From: Candidatus Woesearchaeota archaeon
GTDB taxonomy: Archaea; Nanobdellota; Nanobdellia; Woesearchaeales; WJKL01
Length of the DNA stretch: 64,000 bases
Assembly (NCBI GenBank): GCA_019322815.1
Contig: JAHWIB010000001.1
Span: 154-64,153, forward strand
Reading direction: 5' to 3'
The notes below the pieces were generated by a model. It was not told where the DNA came from. It saw nothing but the letters and a program-made list of their open reading frames with translations, and made no database searches. Positions 47,989 through 59,724 of this stretch are shown here, in pieces; positions within the stretch are counted from its first letter, which is position 1, and every line of letters starts with the position of its first letter. The translations under genes were made by a program, and so were the position numbers.

Positions 47989-48927
47989 TTAAACTTTTTC
48001 CTTTATTCTATGATATTTTGAAATGCAAAATCCTAAATCCTTCATAGAATAGCTTAATAATGTCCTCATAACCTTTTCTTCTATTTTAGGAAGCTTGACA
48101 AGAGGCAGCCTAACATTAGTGTCAAACATATGGGCAAGAGGTATTGGATTCTTTGCGCAAAATACAGCTTTAACTAGTGGATTGATAAATTCCTGCATTC
48201 TAGCTGCTTCTTCATATCTTCCTTCTAACGCTGTTTTTGCCATCTTTGAAAAATAAACAGGAGCAGCATTAGAAGTTGCTGAGATTACTCCAAATCCTCC
48301 CATCTCTACAATTTTAGCAACCAAATCATCTTCTCCTGACATTACCCTAAATTGATTAGGATCTGTTCCTTCAATTATCTTTGTAACTTGCTCTAAATTT
48401 CCAGAAGCTTCCTTAACACCAATTATCTTTGGATGTTCAGCCAATTCAATTGCAGTTTCAGCTTCAATATTTGATTTTGTTCTTCCAGGAACATTATACA
48501 AAATAATATTGCTGTCAGGACGGATAGCATTAGCAACAGTTCTATAATGTGCCAATAAACCTTCTTGAGGAGGATTATTATAATAACCAGTTACATGTAA
48601 AAATGTTGTTGCACCTATTCTTTTTTCTATCTCTATTGATAATTCTATAGCCTCTCTTGTATTGTTAGAACCAGCACTGACCATAACTCTTGTTCTTCCT
48701 CCAACATAATTAAATATATGTTCTGCTAATCCAACATGTTCTTCAGGACTTAATGTTGCACTCTGTGCAGTTGTTCCGCAGGCCAGAATACCAGCTCCTG
48801 CTGCAATTTGATCGTCTGTTAGCATATCTAATTTATTATAATCAATTCTTCCTCTTTCATCCATAGTTGTAATTAAAGCTGTATAATTTCCTTGTAATTC
48901 TTCTGCTTGAATAGCTTGATTTTTCAT
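47989..48927 (-). CDS. dapA: 4-hydroxy-tetrahydrodipicolinate synthase (DapA/DHDPS family)
   Basis: 312 aa. A DHDPS-like TIM-barrel lyase pattern (ALITTMDERGRIDYNKLDML...GTTAQSATLSPEEH...VSAGSNNT). It lies in the lysine-pathway cluster. Confidence 0.7.
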   Translation of the reverse strand: MKNQAIQAEELQGNYTALITTMDERGRIDYNKLDMLTDDQIAAGAGILACGTTAQSATLSPEEHVGLAEHIFNYVGGRTRVMVSAGSNNTREAIELSIEIEKRIGATTFLHVTGYYNNPPQEGLLAHYRTVANAIRPDSNIILYNVPGRTKSNIEAETAIELAEHPKIIGVKEASGNLEQVTKIIEGTDPNQFRVMSGEDDLVAKIVEMGGFGVISATSNAAPVYFSKMAKTALEGRYEEAARMQEFINPLVKAVFCAKNPIPLAHMFDTNVRLPLVKLPKIEEKVMRTLLSYSMKDLGFCISKYHRIKEKV

Positions 48928-49049
48928 ATAGCTCCCTCCATTTTATACAAGAAACAGTAAGCTTTATAAAAACATAATGTTATTATACTAACAAAAATTC
49001 AGAAAAGATGAATTTTTGAAATTAAAAATTAAAATTTTTAATTAACAAA

Positions 49050-49700
49050 ATGGTAACTATAAGTCATTTAGTAAAAGATATTATCCAGAAAAAGCCGATA
49101 ATACAAGAGGCGATTATACAAGATATTGCAAGCTTTGCATTATTAGCAGAGAACTTGCAGCCAGAGATAGAGAAAGAACTAGGAAAAAAAGTAAAACTTC
49201 CTGCAATAGTGATGGCATTAAGAAGGCATGCAGAAGAATTAAAATCAAAGCACAAGCCAATTAAATTTGATTTCTCATCTGAAATAATTATGAAAACAAA
49301 TCTTTGTGATATTGCAGTCCAAAAATCAACAAATGCATTGTTAAAACTAAAACAATTACAATCATTAGTAAGCTATGAAAAAGGAGACATATTGAATATG
49401 ATTCATGGAACAACAGAAATATCAATAATCACAAATCAAAAATATAAAGATAAAATCCTTAAGTTGTTAAAGGGTGAAAAAATTATTAATATTGAAGAGG
49501 ATCTAGTTTCATTATCTTTAAGATTCTCAAAAGAATTCTTTTATACTCCGGGAGTTATTTCAAGCATAATAAGAAAACTATCTTGGGAAGGAGTAAATAT
49601 CTTTGAAATAATATCTACATTTACAGAATTAACAATTATAACAGGAAAAAAAGATGCAGTAAAAGGATATAATGCCTTAGAAAGCATGATGGAAAGATAA
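49050..49700 (+). CDS. Hypothetical protein (216 aa), possibly ACT-like small-molecule-binding domains
   Basis: ORF only. It is divergent from the asd/kinase/dapA cluster. Confidence 0.3.
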   Translation: MVTISHLVKDIIQKKPIIQEAIIQDIASFALLAENLQPEIEKELGKKVKLPAIVMALRRHAEELKSKHKPIKFDFSSEIIMKTNLCDIAVQKSTNALLKLKQLQSLVSYEKGDILNMIHGTTEISIITNQKYKDKILKLLKGEKIINIEEDLVSLSLRFSKEFFYTPGVISSIIRKLSWEGVNIFEIISTFTELTIITGKKDAVKGYNALESMMER

Positions 49701-49742
49701 CTTATAGAAACATTTTTATACAAAGGAATAAGCCTTAAAAAA

Positions 49743-49985
49743 ATGGTAGCAGGCTTGTTAGACACAATAAATCAAGTTGGAATGTTAATATTTGGTGTAA
49801 CTGCAATTGTACTGGTTTCACACAAAAATAAATGGGGCTTTGTTGTAGGTTTGTTGTCGCAGCCTTTCTTTTTTCTTACATCATATCTAAATAAGCAGTG
49901 GGGCCTTTTTGTCCTGTCTTTTGCATACACAATAAGCTGGATATATGGAATATATATGTGGTTTTATAGGCACAAAAAAAGATAA
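49743..49985 (+). CDS. Small membrane protein (80 aa)
   Basis: Two hydrophobic helices. Confidence 0.3.
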   Translation: MVAGLLDTINQVGMLIFGVTAIVLVSHKNKWGFVVGLLSQPFFFLTSYLNKQWGLFVLSFAYTISWIYGIYMWFYRHKKR

Positions 49986-50039
49986 GAGTATATCTTTATT
50001 TCAACACCTTTTTATCTAACCTCTTTTTTTAATGTTCTT

Positions 50040-50783
50040 ATGGATGATCAAGAAAAAGCAGATGCATGGAATCAAAGAAATAAAGGCCAAGGAGAGCCAT
50101 ATAAAAGACATATTACTGATCCTTTAATCATCGAATTAGCAGAACCCTATGGAAAAGTTGTTCTTGAACAAGGATGTGGAAACGGGCATTTAGCCAAAAA
50201 ACTGGCAGAAAAACGTCCTAAAAAAATAATTTTATTAGATTTATATGAAACTAATTTAGAGTATGCAAGAAGAAATTTAGCAGATGTTGCTTGTGAATTA
50301 GAATTTGTACAGGCAGATTTAAACCGATCATTAAGTTTAGATTCATCTTCTGTAGATATTGTAACATCAAGCATGACTCTGCCGGAAATAGAAAATCCAA
50401 AAACAGCAATTCAGGAGACATTTAGAGTATTAAGACCAGGAGGAACTTATATTTTATTAGTAACACATCCAGCTTATGCTTTAAAAAAATATTTAGAAGA
50501 AAAATTAACAGGAGAACCTCCAAAAAAGATAGTTCCTTCAAGAGATTATTTTGACAGATGCAAAAGTGTATTCTGTTTTACTAATAGAGATAAAGAAAAG
50601 ATTAAAGCTCCCCATTATAACAGAACAATTCAGGATTATACAGATGCATTATTGGAAGCAGGATTCAAGATAGAAAGGCCGCTTGAACCAGAAATAACAA
50701 AAGAATTGTTAGAAGAAGCACCTAGATTTGAAGAAGAAATAGACTGTCCAATATCTTTATTATTAAAACTAAGAAAACTTTAA
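50040..50783 (+). CDS. Class I SAM-dependent methyltransferase
   Basis: Motif I (VVLEQGCGNGHLAKKL) and the post-I acidic residue (LLDLYE). Confidence 0.75.
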   Translation: MDDQEKADAWNQRNKGQGEPYKRHITDPLIIELAEPYGKVVLEQGCGNGHLAKKLAEKRPKKIILLDLYETNLEYARRNLADVACELEFVQADLNRSLSLDSSSVDIVTSSMTLPEIENPKTAIQETFRVLRPGGTYILLVTHPAYALKKYLEEKLTGEPPKKIVPSRDYFDRCKSVFCFTNRDKEKIKAPHYNRTIQDYTDALLEAGFKIERPLEPEITKELLEEAPRFEEEIDCPISLLLKLRKL

Positions 50784-50786
50784 ACC

Positions 50787-51380
50787 TTATCTAGAAGCAT
50801 CAGCTTGTCTTTCTAATTCTAATTTCTTAGAAATAGCCATAGAACTCTGGCTTAGATTATAAGCATTGATAATCTCATCAGCAAGGCATTCTTCAATTGC
50901 TTTCTTGGAATTAAATGCTTTTTGATAAGCGCCTTGAGTGAAATATCTTAAAGCAATATCTATCCTTCTTTGTGGAGCGCATTCAACTGCTTTTGGATAA
51001 CGGGCTCCTCCATACTCAATTGTGATAATCTCTTCTCTAGGTGCTGCATTCTCTAAAGCAGCAACAAAAATCTTTATTGGATTCTCTTTTGTTCTTCTTT
51101 CAATTATAGAAAAAGTTTTATTAACAATTTCATAAGCAGTAGAAGCCTTTCCAGTTATATGAGAACTTGTCTTAAAGTGTTTTTTGGATTTATGCCCTGG
51201 GATCATTACTTTATTTATCAGCCTCTCAACAATGAAAACCTTTGATTTATGGAATCTATTTCCAGCATATCTTGCTCCTGTTCTTGGAACAATCTTAGGC
51301 TCCATATTGATATAATCAATAAGACCTTTATCTGAAACTTTAATACTTTCTGCATCCCATTTATTAAATACTTTTATCAT
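50787..51380 (-). CDS. rps7: Ribosomal protein S7
   Basis: 197 aa. uS7 pattern. It lies directly downstream of S12. Confidence 0.85.
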   Translation of the reverse strand: MIKVFNKWDAESIKVSDKGLIDYINMEPKIVPRTGARYAGNRFHKSKVFIVERLINKVMIPGHKSKKHFKTSSHITGKASTAYEIVNKTFSIIERRTKENPIKIFVAALENAAPREEIITIEYGGARYPKAVECAPQRRIDIALRYFTQGAYQKAFNSKKAIEECLADEIINAYNLSQSSMAISKKLELERQADASR

Positions 51381-51395
51381 TTGTTAAAAATTATT

Positions 51396-51833
51396 TTATT
51401 TTCTAGCTTTCTCAATCTTTCCTTTTAATAAAGCATCCAAACTTTGATCATTAACCTTGATAACACACCATCTGACTCCTGGAATATCTCCTTTTGCCCT
51501 GCCCATCTTTCCGCCAATGCATTCAACAACGACTTCATCGTGTTCATCTATTAATTTAGTAGCGCCGTCTCCAGGACAAAAAGCAGTAATCTGCCTGCCA
51601 TTTTTAATAAGCTGTATTCTTACACATTTTCTCATGGCAGAATTAGGCTGTTTTGCTTCTAACTGAACTTTCTCTAACACAATCCCTTTTGCTTGTGAAG
51701 AGCCGATTAATGGGTCTGATTTTTTCTTTAGATCAAGAGCTTTTCTTATGTATTTTCTAAAATGCCATCTACTTTTTTTTCTTCTTTTCTTCAGTTTTCT
51801 GCAATTTCCTAATCCTCTTGCTTTCTTTCCCAT
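51396..51833 (-). CDS. rps12: Ribosomal protein S12
   Basis: 145 aa. The conserved core is [31 protein letters not shown]. Confidence 0.9.
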   Translation of the reverse strand: MGKKARGLGNCRKLKKRRKKSRWHFRKYIRKALDLKKKSDPLIGSSQAKGIVLEKVQLEAKQPNSAMRKCVRIQLIKNGRQITAFCPGDGATKLIDEHDEVVVECIGGKMGRAKGDIPGVRWCVIKVNDQSLDALLKGKIEKARK

Positions 51834-51986
51834 TTTGTTCTACTCTAAAAATTAGTGATTTGTTTAAAAATGTTTCGAAATAATAGATGTATTTCGAAAC
51901 TTCAAAAATCTCAAAGAGATTTTTGTAATTTGCGAAATTTTTAATTTTGCAAATTTAAAATTCCAAAGGAATTTTATAAGTTACGG

Positions 51987-52403
51987 TTAAATTACCCTTA
52001 TATCCTTGATGTCAAAATATCTTCTAACAATATCCTTAGTTGCATTTAAATTAACAGCTCCTCTTCCAATCAAATATCCTCTTGTTTCTGAATCAGGAGG
52101 AGTTATTGTAACAATTTTATCCTCTTCAGCAATATCTTTGACTTTTGAAGGATAAACAATATTTTGAATAAACTGCAGTAAACTACCATTGAATTCAATA
52201 ATCCTTAATTTTTTCTTAAGCATATTTTCCAGTCTTCTAATATTACTTCCTCCTTTTCCTAAAGCTTTGCCGATGTTTCCTTCTTTAACAATAAATACTA
52301 ATTTTTCTCCTAATTCAAAACAATCCTTAACTTCAGCCCTGGTGATGCTCTCAAATAGAGATATAAATTTCATTAAATTGACATCATACTTGATCTTAAT
52401 CAT
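51987..52403 (-). CDS. nusA: Archaeal NusA-like transcription factor (KH domains)
   Basis: 138 aa. KH motifs (IGKALGKGGSNIRRL; LIGRGAVNLNATKDIV). It occupies the canonical position after L30e. Confidence 0.75.
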   Translation of the reverse strand: MIKIKYDVNLMKFISLFESITRAEVKDCFELGEKLVFIVKEGNIGKALGKGGSNIRRLENMLKKKLRIIEFNGSLLQFIQNIVYPSKVKDIAEEDKIVTITPPDSETRGYLIGRGAVNLNATKDIVRRYFDIKDIRVI

Positions 52404-52663
52404 TTTGTAAAAGAAAGTACAGAAATAGGAAATGGTTTTTTGCAGATTGTTCCTAACTCTACACTTGGCTGTTTAAGTTTAACAACTTTAACCTTTCCTA
52501 ATTTGCTATAATATTCAATGTCTTCTTTAACATCTTCAGGGCAGTTTAATGTCAAGAAAATTTTAGAAACTTTTCCTAATTTCAAAGCTTTCATAGTCCT
52601 TAAAGTGCCAATAATAATCTTTTTTTCCTTAACTGCCTTTTTAATATCCTCTATATCTCCCAT
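52400..52663 (-). CDS. rpl30e: Ribosomal protein L30e
   Basis: 87 aa. L30e/L7Ae-fold pattern (KIIIGTLRTMKALKLGKVSKIFLTLNCPEDVKEDIEYY). Confidence 0.75.
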   Translation of the reverse strand: MGDIEDIKKAVKEKKIIIGTLRTMKALKLGKVSKIFLTLNCPEDVKEDIEYYSKLGKVKVVKLKQPSVELGTICKKPFPISVLSFTK

Positions 52664-53787
52664 TATTTCACCTTTGTAATCAGTCCAGGCAATCCTGTTC
52701 CAATAGGAACAGGCTGATTCAGCATAACATTTTCAACAACAGAGTTAAGTTTATCAATTTCTCCAACTAAAGCTGCATTTATTACATGTTTGATAGGAGT
52801 TTCGAAGCTTGCTCTTGCAAGTACAGAAGCCTTTTCACTGACAATACCATACCTGGTTATTCCGCTTATTTCTCCACTTGTGCACATTGTATCTGCAACC
52901 AGCATTATATGCCTTACATCAACATTTAATCCCTGGGCTTCAATAACTTTGAAGACTTCATTTATTATTGCTTGTCTTGCAGCTTCTACGCCCAATATAT
53001 TTCCTATTTCAAATATATCATTTGTGACTGTTCTTGAACTATCAACCTCACTCAAAGAAAGGACATCAGCTAAGTTGCTTCCAGCTGTGATTATAATAAA
53101 TTCATCTCCTCTTTTTACAGGCAGAACTTGTTTTATTCCCTTTATTCCTTTTATATAGACTTCTTTTATCTTATCCTTTACCTTGTATATATCTCCTGCA
53201 TTTTCTTTTCCCTTTGCTTTTAAAATAAGCCCGTTTTCAGTCTTTTTAATTAAAATTCCTTTTAATGATTTTTTCAAAGCGCTTATTACTATAAGAGGAG
53301 TAATCCCAATGTCCTTCATTTTTTGTTTGTCAAATATTAATTCAATTTTTGCTTCTGCCATATTTATCAAAAGCTCAATTATTATTTCTTTTAATGTGGT
53401 TTCTTTGATGGTTAAAGCCATCCTTCTTATGTCCTTGCCTTGGCTGTATGGTTTTTTCAAGAAAATTTCCATCATTGGTGTTGAAATATTTTTTCTGCCG
53501 TCTAATATTTCTATTATTCTTGGCAGTCCAACAGTAATATTCATTTCAGCAACTCCAGCAAAATGGAATGTATTTAATGTCATCTGTGTTCCAGGTTCTC
53601 CAATTGATTCAGCTGATACTAAACCTACACATTCTCCAGCATCAATATGGGCTTTTTTGTATTCTTCATAAGTCTTTTCTAAAATCTTATTAACTCTAGT
53701 TTCAGCTATATCTTTTGTTTTTCCTTTTATCTCTTCAATTATACTAATAGGCAATTTATCCTTATATTTTGCAAATTCTTTAACCAT
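52663..53787 (-). CDS. rpoA2: DNA-directed RNA polymerase subunit A''
   Basis: 374 aa. It matches the C-terminal third of the largest RNAP subunit ([17 protein letters not shown]). Confidence 0.9.
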   Translation of the reverse strand: MVKEFAKYKDKLPISIIEEIKGKTKDIAETRVNKILEKTYEEYKKAHIDAGECVGLVSAESIGEPGTQMTLNTFHFAGVAEMNITVGLPRIIEILDGRKNISTPMMEIFLKKPYSQGKDIRRMALTIKETTLKEIIIELLINMAEAKIELIFDKQKMKDIGITPLIVISALKKSLKGILIKKTENGLILKAKGKENAGDIYKVKDKIKEVYIKGIKGIKQVLPVKRGDEFIIITAGSNLADVLSLSEVDSSRTVTNDIFEIGNILGVEAARQAIINEVFKVIEAQGLNVDVRHIMLVADTMCTSGEISGITRYGIVSEKASVLARASFETPIKHVINAALVGEIDKLNSVVENVMLNQPVPIGTGLPGLITKVK

Positions 53788-53789
53788 TA

Positions 53790-56438
53790 TTAAGCACCTG
53801 TTATGATCCTATCAACATTAATTTTTCCATTTTCACTCTTGCTGACATCTACACCATCTTCACCATAGTTAAACTGAATAATCTTTCCGCTTGCATCTCT
53901 TACTGTTCCATCATACTCAACTTTTAAATCCTGCATGGCATTAGCTAATCTTCTGTAAAGATAACCAGATTTAGGAGTACGCAAAGCAGTATCCATTAAT
54001 GAGTCTCTTCCAGTTATTGCTCCAAAGAAAAATTCATATGGATTCATTCCTGTTTTGAATCCAGAACCAATAAATCCATGTGATTCCGGGCTTAGGTCTC
54101 CTTTTCTAAAATGTGATAAAGTTCTTCCATTATATCCTTTTTCAATTCTCTTTCCTCTTAAAGCCTGCTGGCCTATAAGAGCAGCCATCTGAGCTATGTT
54201 TAGATTATTTCCTCTTGCTCCAGATTCAGCCATAATCAATGAATGTGTTCTTTTTATAGAATATTCCATAACAACCTTTCCTGTTTCGTTTCTAATTCTA
54301 TTTAAAATTTCAAGTATTTTTAATTCAAGTGTTTCTTTTGCACTTCTGCCTGGAAATACTTCCAAATTGCCTTGGTGATATAGATTTATCAAAGCATTTA
54401 CATCATCATCAGCTTTTGTTATTAATTCTTTTATCCTGATTTTAGCATTTTCAGGAAGGTCAGAATCAGAAAGTGAGGTAGTAAATCCTCGTTTTAAAAG
54501 CACCTTGATTCCTAATCTGAAAATTTTTCCAAGAATTTCTATTGTCTTTTTTTCTCCATACCTTTTATGTATGCTTCTCAGCATTAATCCAGCTTCTCCG
54601 CCTATTGTGCTTTTATCTATTACTCCCTGGACAAGTTTTCCATCTTTGATTATAATCTCATCTTTTCCGTCTTTATCTTTTGCTTTTGATTTTCCTCTAA
54701 AATTAAAATTATCAGGCAAGATAACAGAAAAAATTTCTTTACCATCAACTTTTGCTTTATTCGGTAATTTTGAAAAGTCACTTATTCCTATTTTATAAAG
54801 AAGATCAACTGCTTCTTCTCTGCTTAATTCAGTCTCTTTTGTTAATAAATAATTGCCGCTTATTGCATCTTGTATGCTTCCAATAATGCTTAATCCATAT
54901 CTTGGAGAAATCAATTGTGTCTGAACCTGCATTAATTGTTCTGCTTCTGCCCTGGCTTCTTCTGTCTGAGGAATATGAAGATTCATCTCATCTCCGTCAA
55001 AGTCTGCGTTGTAAGGAGCGCATACAGCTGGATTCAATCTAAATGTTTTTCCTGGCAGTACTTTGATTCTATGGCACATCATTGACATTCTGTGCAGCGA
55101 AGGCTGTCTGTTAAATATGGCTATATCTCCATCCATCAGATGCCTTTCAACAGCATAACCTACTTTAATTTCTTCCAGCAAGGCTTCTTTTGTTTCATCT
55201 GTTATCTTTTTCTTTTTTCCATCTGGTCTTACAATATAATTTACACCAGGATATTTAACAGGGCCCCTTTCAATAAATTTTCTTAGATACATATAATTCC
55301 ATTCATTGATTATTTCAGGGACAGTCAGTTTCATTGCAACGCTTTTCGGAATTCCAACCTCATCTAAATCAAGCATTGGATCAGGAGAAATAACAGTTCT
55401 GCTGGAAAAATTTGTTCTCTTTCCAGCTAAATTATGCCTGATTCTTCCTTCTTTGCTTTTTATCCTTTCAGTGATAGTTTTTAATGGCTGCCCGCTTCTA
55501 TGCCTTGCAGGAGGCAGTTGAGCTACATTATTGTCAAAGAAGGTAGTTACATGATATTGCAACAAATCCCACAAGTCCTCAATAATTATTTCAGGAGCTC
55601 CTGCATTTATATTCTCAAACAACCTTTGATTTATCCTTACAATATCTCCTAATTTATGGGTTAAGTCATCTTCTGATCTCTCGCCAGTTTCTAAAGTAAT
55701 AGAAGGCCTCATAGTAACAGGAGGTATTGGCAGTACAGTTAAAACCATCCATTCAGGCCTTACTGATTTAGGATTTAATCCAAATATCTCTAAATCATCA
55801 TCTGGTATTTTTTCCAGCCTTGTCCTGGCTTCAATAGGGCTTATCTTCTTTTCATTTTCAATAAAAGTTGTTGGTTTCTCCAATGTTATCTTTTGTTGTC
55901 TGGCTTTGCAGTAAGGGCATTTACTGATTGTTCTTAGTTTAGATAAAATATCTTTTATTGCCCCTCTTCTTGCTTCTAATCCTGCCTCTTCTTCTACTTT
56001 CTCCAGCTGATTCTTATATTTTTCAATCTTGTTTTGAGGGATTAAAATTCTTCCGCATTCTTTACAGGTGCTCCTCAACAAGTCAAACACAATATTCACA
56101 AAACTTATATGTATTATCGGCCTTGCTAATTCTATATAACCAAAATGGCCGTTGCATTCCTTTAGTTTGCTTCTGCATGTCTTGCATCTTAAACCAGGGT
56201 CAATAACTCCTAATCTTATATCCATTAATCCTCCGTCAACTGGGTAGCCTTCTTTATCATAAAGTTCAGGAGTGACAATCTTTGCAGAAGCCATGTTTTT
56301 AATATGCTGCGGGCTAAAGACTGAAAAAACAACACTGTCTACCTTTTTGTAGATATAATTTTGAGATATAATTATTTCTTCTCTTTCAGCAGGTTCTTCC
56401 TTTGATTTTTCTTTTGGTGTTTCTTCTTTTTCTGCCAT
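53790..56438 (-). CDS. rpoA1: DNA-directed RNA polymerase subunit A'
   Basis: 882 aa. N-terminal zinc motifs ([21 protein letters not shown]) and the catalytic [12 protein letters not shown] motif. Confidence 0.9.
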   Translation of the reverse strand: MAEKEETPKEKSKEEPAEREEIIISQNYIYKKVDSVVFSVFSPQHIKNMASAKIVTPELYDKEGYPVDGGLMDIRLGVIDPGLRCKTCRSKLKECNGHFGYIELARPIIHISFVNIVFDLLRSTCKECGRILIPQNKIEKYKNQLEKVEEEAGLEARRGAIKDILSKLRTISKCPYCKARQQKITLEKPTTFIENEKKISPIEARTRLEKIPDDDLEIFGLNPKSVRPEWMVLTVLPIPPVTMRPSITLETGERSEDDLTHKLGDIVRINQRLFENINAGAPEIIIEDLWDLLQYHVTTFFDNNVAQLPPARHRSGQPLKTITERIKSKEGRIRHNLAGKRTNFSSRTVISPDPMLDLDEVGIPKSVAMKLTVPEIINEWNYMYLRKFIERGPVKYPGVNYIVRPDGKKKKITDETKEALLEEIKVGYAVERHLMDGDIAIFNRQPSLHRMSMMCHRIKVLPGKTFRLNPAVCAPYNADFDGDEMNLHIPQTEEARAEAEQLMQVQTQLISPRYGLSIIGSIQDAISGNYLLTKETELSREEAVDLLYKIGISDFSKLPNKAKVDGKEIFSVILPDNFNFRGKSKAKDKDGKDEIIIKDGKLVQGVIDKSTIGGEAGLMLRSIHKRYGEKKTIEILGKIFRLGIKVLLKRGFTTSLSDSDLPENAKIRIKELITKADDDVNALINLYHQGNLEVFPGRSAKETLELKILEILNRIRNETGKVVMEYSIKRTHSLIMAESGARGNNLNIAQMAALIGQQALRGKRIEKGYNGRTLSHFRKGDLSPESHGFIGSGFKTGMNPYEFFFGAITGRDSLMDTALRTPKSGYLYRRLANAMQDLKVEYDGTVRDASGKIIQFNYGEDGVDVSKSENGKINVDRIITGA

Positions 56439-56443
56439 TTTCT

Positions 56444-58243
56444 TTAGTATTTATTTTTTAATTTCAAAGCTGGATAAACACATAATGATTTAAATTCATC
56501 TAATACAAGTTTGAATGCATAACTAACTTCAATGTTGCTGACTTCTACATCTCCGCATATAGGACAGAAACTTTTGTTTTGTTTTTCATCATATATTGCA
56601 ATTAATCCACATTTTTCACATACTGGAACAACTGTCCTGTCAGAATCAAATCTTTCTTTTAGCAGTAATGAAGCGCCGTGTGCAACAAAAGTGTCCTTTT
56701 CCATCTCTCCTAATCTTAATCCTCCTTCTTTTGCTCTTCCTTCTGTAGGCTGTCTTGTAAGCAATTGTATTGGACCGCGAGCTCTTGCATGCATTTTGTT
56801 TGCAACCATATGCTTTAACTTTAGGTAATACATATCTCCAACATAAATTTTGGCCTTGAATTCTTCTCCTGTTTGTCCGTTGTAAAGGGTTTCAAAGCCG
56901 TCTTCCCTGAATCCCATTGATAATAATTCTTTTCTTAATACTTCTTCTGGTTCAGAGCTGAATGTTGTTCCATCAATATATCTTCCGCTCAATGCACCTG
57001 TTTTTCCAGCTATTAACTCAACCATATGAGATATAGTCATTCTAGAAGGAACAGAATGAGGTGAGAATATTAAGTCAGGAACAATCCCATTAATTGAGAA
57101 AGGCATATCTCCTTCTGGCACTATTAATCCAACAACTCCTTTTTGTCCGTGTCTTGAAGTAAATTTATCGCCAATCTCTGGAATTCTTTGGTCTCTGATT
57201 CTTACTTGTACAAGTTTATTGCCTTCTGCATTTTCAGTTATTGAAACAAAATCAATAACTCCTTGTTCACCATGAGCAATTGATACTGAACTTTCTCTTC
57301 TGGTTGCAGCAGCTAGATTGTACTCATCTAAGCTGCTTAAGAATCTAGGCGGGCTTGTTTTCCCTATTACAACGTCTCCTTCAGCAATCTTAGCTTCAGG
57401 ATAAATAATACCATCTTTTTCTAGATATCTATAATCCCTTTCGCTTTTATATCCTTTGACTTCTTTATCAGGAATACTAATCTCATCAACCAACCCTCCG
57501 CTGTACCTTAATTCTTCAGCGATGCTTGGCCTGTAATAAGTGCTTCTTCCAAATCCTCTATCAATACTTCCTTTGTTTAAAATAATTGAGTCTTCCATAT
57601 TATATCCTTCATAACTCATTACAGCCACCACAATGTTTTGTCCTGATGGATGCAGACTATCACTATAGATATTATGCATCAAAGTCCTTACAATAGGAAT
57701 CTGTGGTGTATGCAGTAAATTAACATCCATATCCATCCTTACCAAGAAATTTGCAGCATAAAAGCCAAGAGCCTGTTTTTGATTCTTGCTCCCCATATTA
57801 ATTCTTGCAGGAGGGCTGTGATTCGCATAAGGAACTAAAGAAGTTGCTAATCCTAACATATTCATGGCTGTTATCTCTAAATGAGTATGTTCTGGTCTTA
57901 ATTCATTTTCAGAAAAAGCAACCAATGTGTTTTCTTCTTCAGCTGCATCCAAAAATTCAATAACTCCTTGCTGGATTAGATCACTCCAGGTTATTTCACC
58001 TTTTTCTAATTGTTTAATATGTTTTTCAGTTAATAAAGGAATTCCATCTTTTACAATAATTAATGGCCTTCTTGCTCTTCCTTTATTTCCTTCAACTTCA
58101 ATGATATTTGCTCTTTCGTTAAAGTGTATATTAGTATTATTTTTTATTGTGCCTTTTCTTCTTTCACTTTTAAATTGCTCTAAAAATAATACTGGATCTT
58201 CTATCTCTCCTACAAATTTACTGTTTAAATATATTTCAGTCAT
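56444..58243 (-). CDS. rpoB1: DNA-directed RNA polymerase subunit B' (C-terminal part of the split B subunit)
   Basis: 599 aa. Conserved GDKFTSRHGQKGVVG and a C-terminal zinc motif (CEKCGLIAIYDEKQNKSFCPICG). Confidence 0.9.
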   Translation of the reverse strand: MTEIYLNSKFVGEIEDPVLFLEQFKSERRKGTIKNNTNIHFNERANIIEVEGNKGRARRPLIIVKDGIPLLTEKHIKQLEKGEITWSDLIQQGVIEFLDAAEEENTLVAFSENELRPEHTHLEITAMNMLGLATSLVPYANHSPPARINMGSKNQKQALGFYAANFLVRMDMDVNLLHTPQIPIVRTLMHNIYSDSLHPSGQNIVVAVMSYEGYNMEDSIILNKGSIDRGFGRSTYYRPSIAEELRYSGGLVDEISIPDKEVKGYKSERDYRYLEKDGIIYPEAKIAEGDVVIGKTSPPRFLSSLDEYNLAAATRRESSVSIAHGEQGVIDFVSITENAEGNKLVQVRIRDQRIPEIGDKFTSRHGQKGVVGLIVPEGDMPFSINGIVPDLIFSPHSVPSRMTISHMVELIAGKTGALSGRYIDGTTFSSEPEEVLRKELLSMGFREDGFETLYNGQTGEEFKAKIYVGDMYYLKLKHMVANKMHARARGPIQLLTRQPTEGRAKEGGLRLGEMEKDTFVAHGASLLLKERFDSDRTVVPVCEKCGLIAIYDEKQNKSFCPICGDVEVSNIEVSYAFKLVLDEFKSLCVYPALKLKNKY

Positions 58244-59724
58244 TTTATTTCTTTCAACCCAAAACTTTTAATTGTTTTTAACAGCTCCTCTTCATCACTA
58301 TCATAGCTGGTTTTGCACAGTAAAGACAAATTCTTTCTTAAACCAATGTTTGTTCCTTCAGGAGTCTCAATCGGACACAACCTTCCAAGATGTGTTGCAT
58401 GCAGTTCACGGGCTTCAAAATTTTCTTGAGAAGCACTTAGAGGAGATATTACTCTTTGCAGATGGCTCATTAATTCTAAGAAATTTAATCTTTGTATTCT
58501 TTGTGAAATACCTTTCCTTCCGCCAACCCATGATCCTGTTGCCATGCTGCTGTAAATTCTGTTGGTCAATAACTTTTCTCTTATTATTACCTTGATTGAA
58601 GGAAATTTTCCTCTTTTAACAATTCTTTGAAAATTATACAGCATATCTCCAATCAATATTTTTAAATTAACCCTTAATAGATCAGCCAATAAATCTCCTG
58701 CTAATTTTAATCTTTTGTTCATATAATGATCTTTATCATCTGTAGAAAGTTTTCCATTTGAAACATCAATAAACTTTTTCAGCATCTTGCATAAATTATA
58801 AGCCTTAAGTCTTCTATTGTTCTTAGAGATGCCTACATGCGGCAGGAGGTATCTGTCTAAGATTTCTTTCATTCTTTCAATTCTGATCTCTTTTGATTGG
58901 GTAATACCAATTGTTTTGGCAATTCTGTCAAGAGCATCTTCTTCTGTTTTTATATCAACAAATTCATATAAGTTAGTAAGAACATCATCATAACTTTTTT
59001 CAGTTGAAATCATATTCATGATCTCTTCATCTTTTAATATCCCTAATGCTTTTAACACCATGATAATTGGAACTCTTTTTACTCTTGTAAAGCTTAAATA
59101 GAATATCCCTTCTTTTGTTCTTTCTATTGTGTGAGGTATCTTAAATGCTCCTCTTTCAGAAAAAATCTTGCCAACATACGGGCTCGCTCCGACCTTTTCT
59201 TTGCTTACTAAAAATTTGTTTGCAGCAAGATCCTCTACAATTATTAATACCTTCTCTGTTCCATTTATAATGAAATATCCGCCAGGATCATCAGGGTCTT
59301 CTCCTAATTTAATTAATTCGTCTTGGTTTAAGGAATTCAAATGGCAGTATTTGCTTTTTAGCATTACAGGAATATTTCCTAGAAGTGTAGTAAATGATTC
59401 TCTTTGCACGCCATTTATATGAGCACTGACTTCAATATAAACAGGAGCTGAATAGCTTAATTTTCTTAATCTTGCTTCCATTGGATAAATTGCCCTTTTG
59501 CTTCCATCTGCTTCTGTTATTTCTGGCTTAGTGACCCATATCTTATCAAACCTTATTTTGAATTCTTCAATATCAGGAGGAATTATTGTTGGCTCTATTT
59601 CTTTATTTTCGCTTATGATATTTTGCAGTTCCTTCTCTATAAAATTATTATAAGATTCAATTGTAGAGTCTACAAAACTCTGTTCTTCAAAATATCTTTT
59701 TATCAGAATATTATTTTTATTCAC
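58240..59724 (-). CDS. rpoB2: DNA-directed RNA polymerase subunit B'' (N-terminal part of the split B subunit)
   Basis: 494 aa. It overlaps the rpoB' start by 4 nt, in the canonical rpoH-B''-B'-A'-A'' order. Confidence 0.9.
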   Translation of the reverse strand: MNKNNILIKRYFEEQSFVDSTIESYNNFIEKELQNIISENKEIEPTIIPPDIEEFKIRFDKIWVTKPEITEADGSKRAIYPMEARLRKLSYSAPVYIEVSAHINGVQRESFTTLLGNIPVMLKSKYCHLNSLNQDELIKLGEDPDDPGGYFIINGTEKVLIIVEDLAANKFLVSKEKVGASPYVGKIFSERGAFKIPHTIERTKEGIFYLSFTRVKRVPIIMVLKALGILKDEEIMNMISTEKSYDDVLTNLYEFVDIKTEEDALDRIAKTIGITQSKEIRIERMKEILDRYLLPHVGISKNNRRLKAYNLCKMLKKFIDVSNGKLSTDDKDHYMNKRLKLAGDLLADLLRVNLKILIGDMLYNFQRIVKRGKFPSIKVIIREKLLTNRIYSSMATGSWVGGRKGISQRIQRLNFLELMSHLQRVISPLSASQENFEARELHATHLGRLCPIETPEGTNIGLRKNLSLLCKTSYDSDEEELLKTIKSFGLKEIK

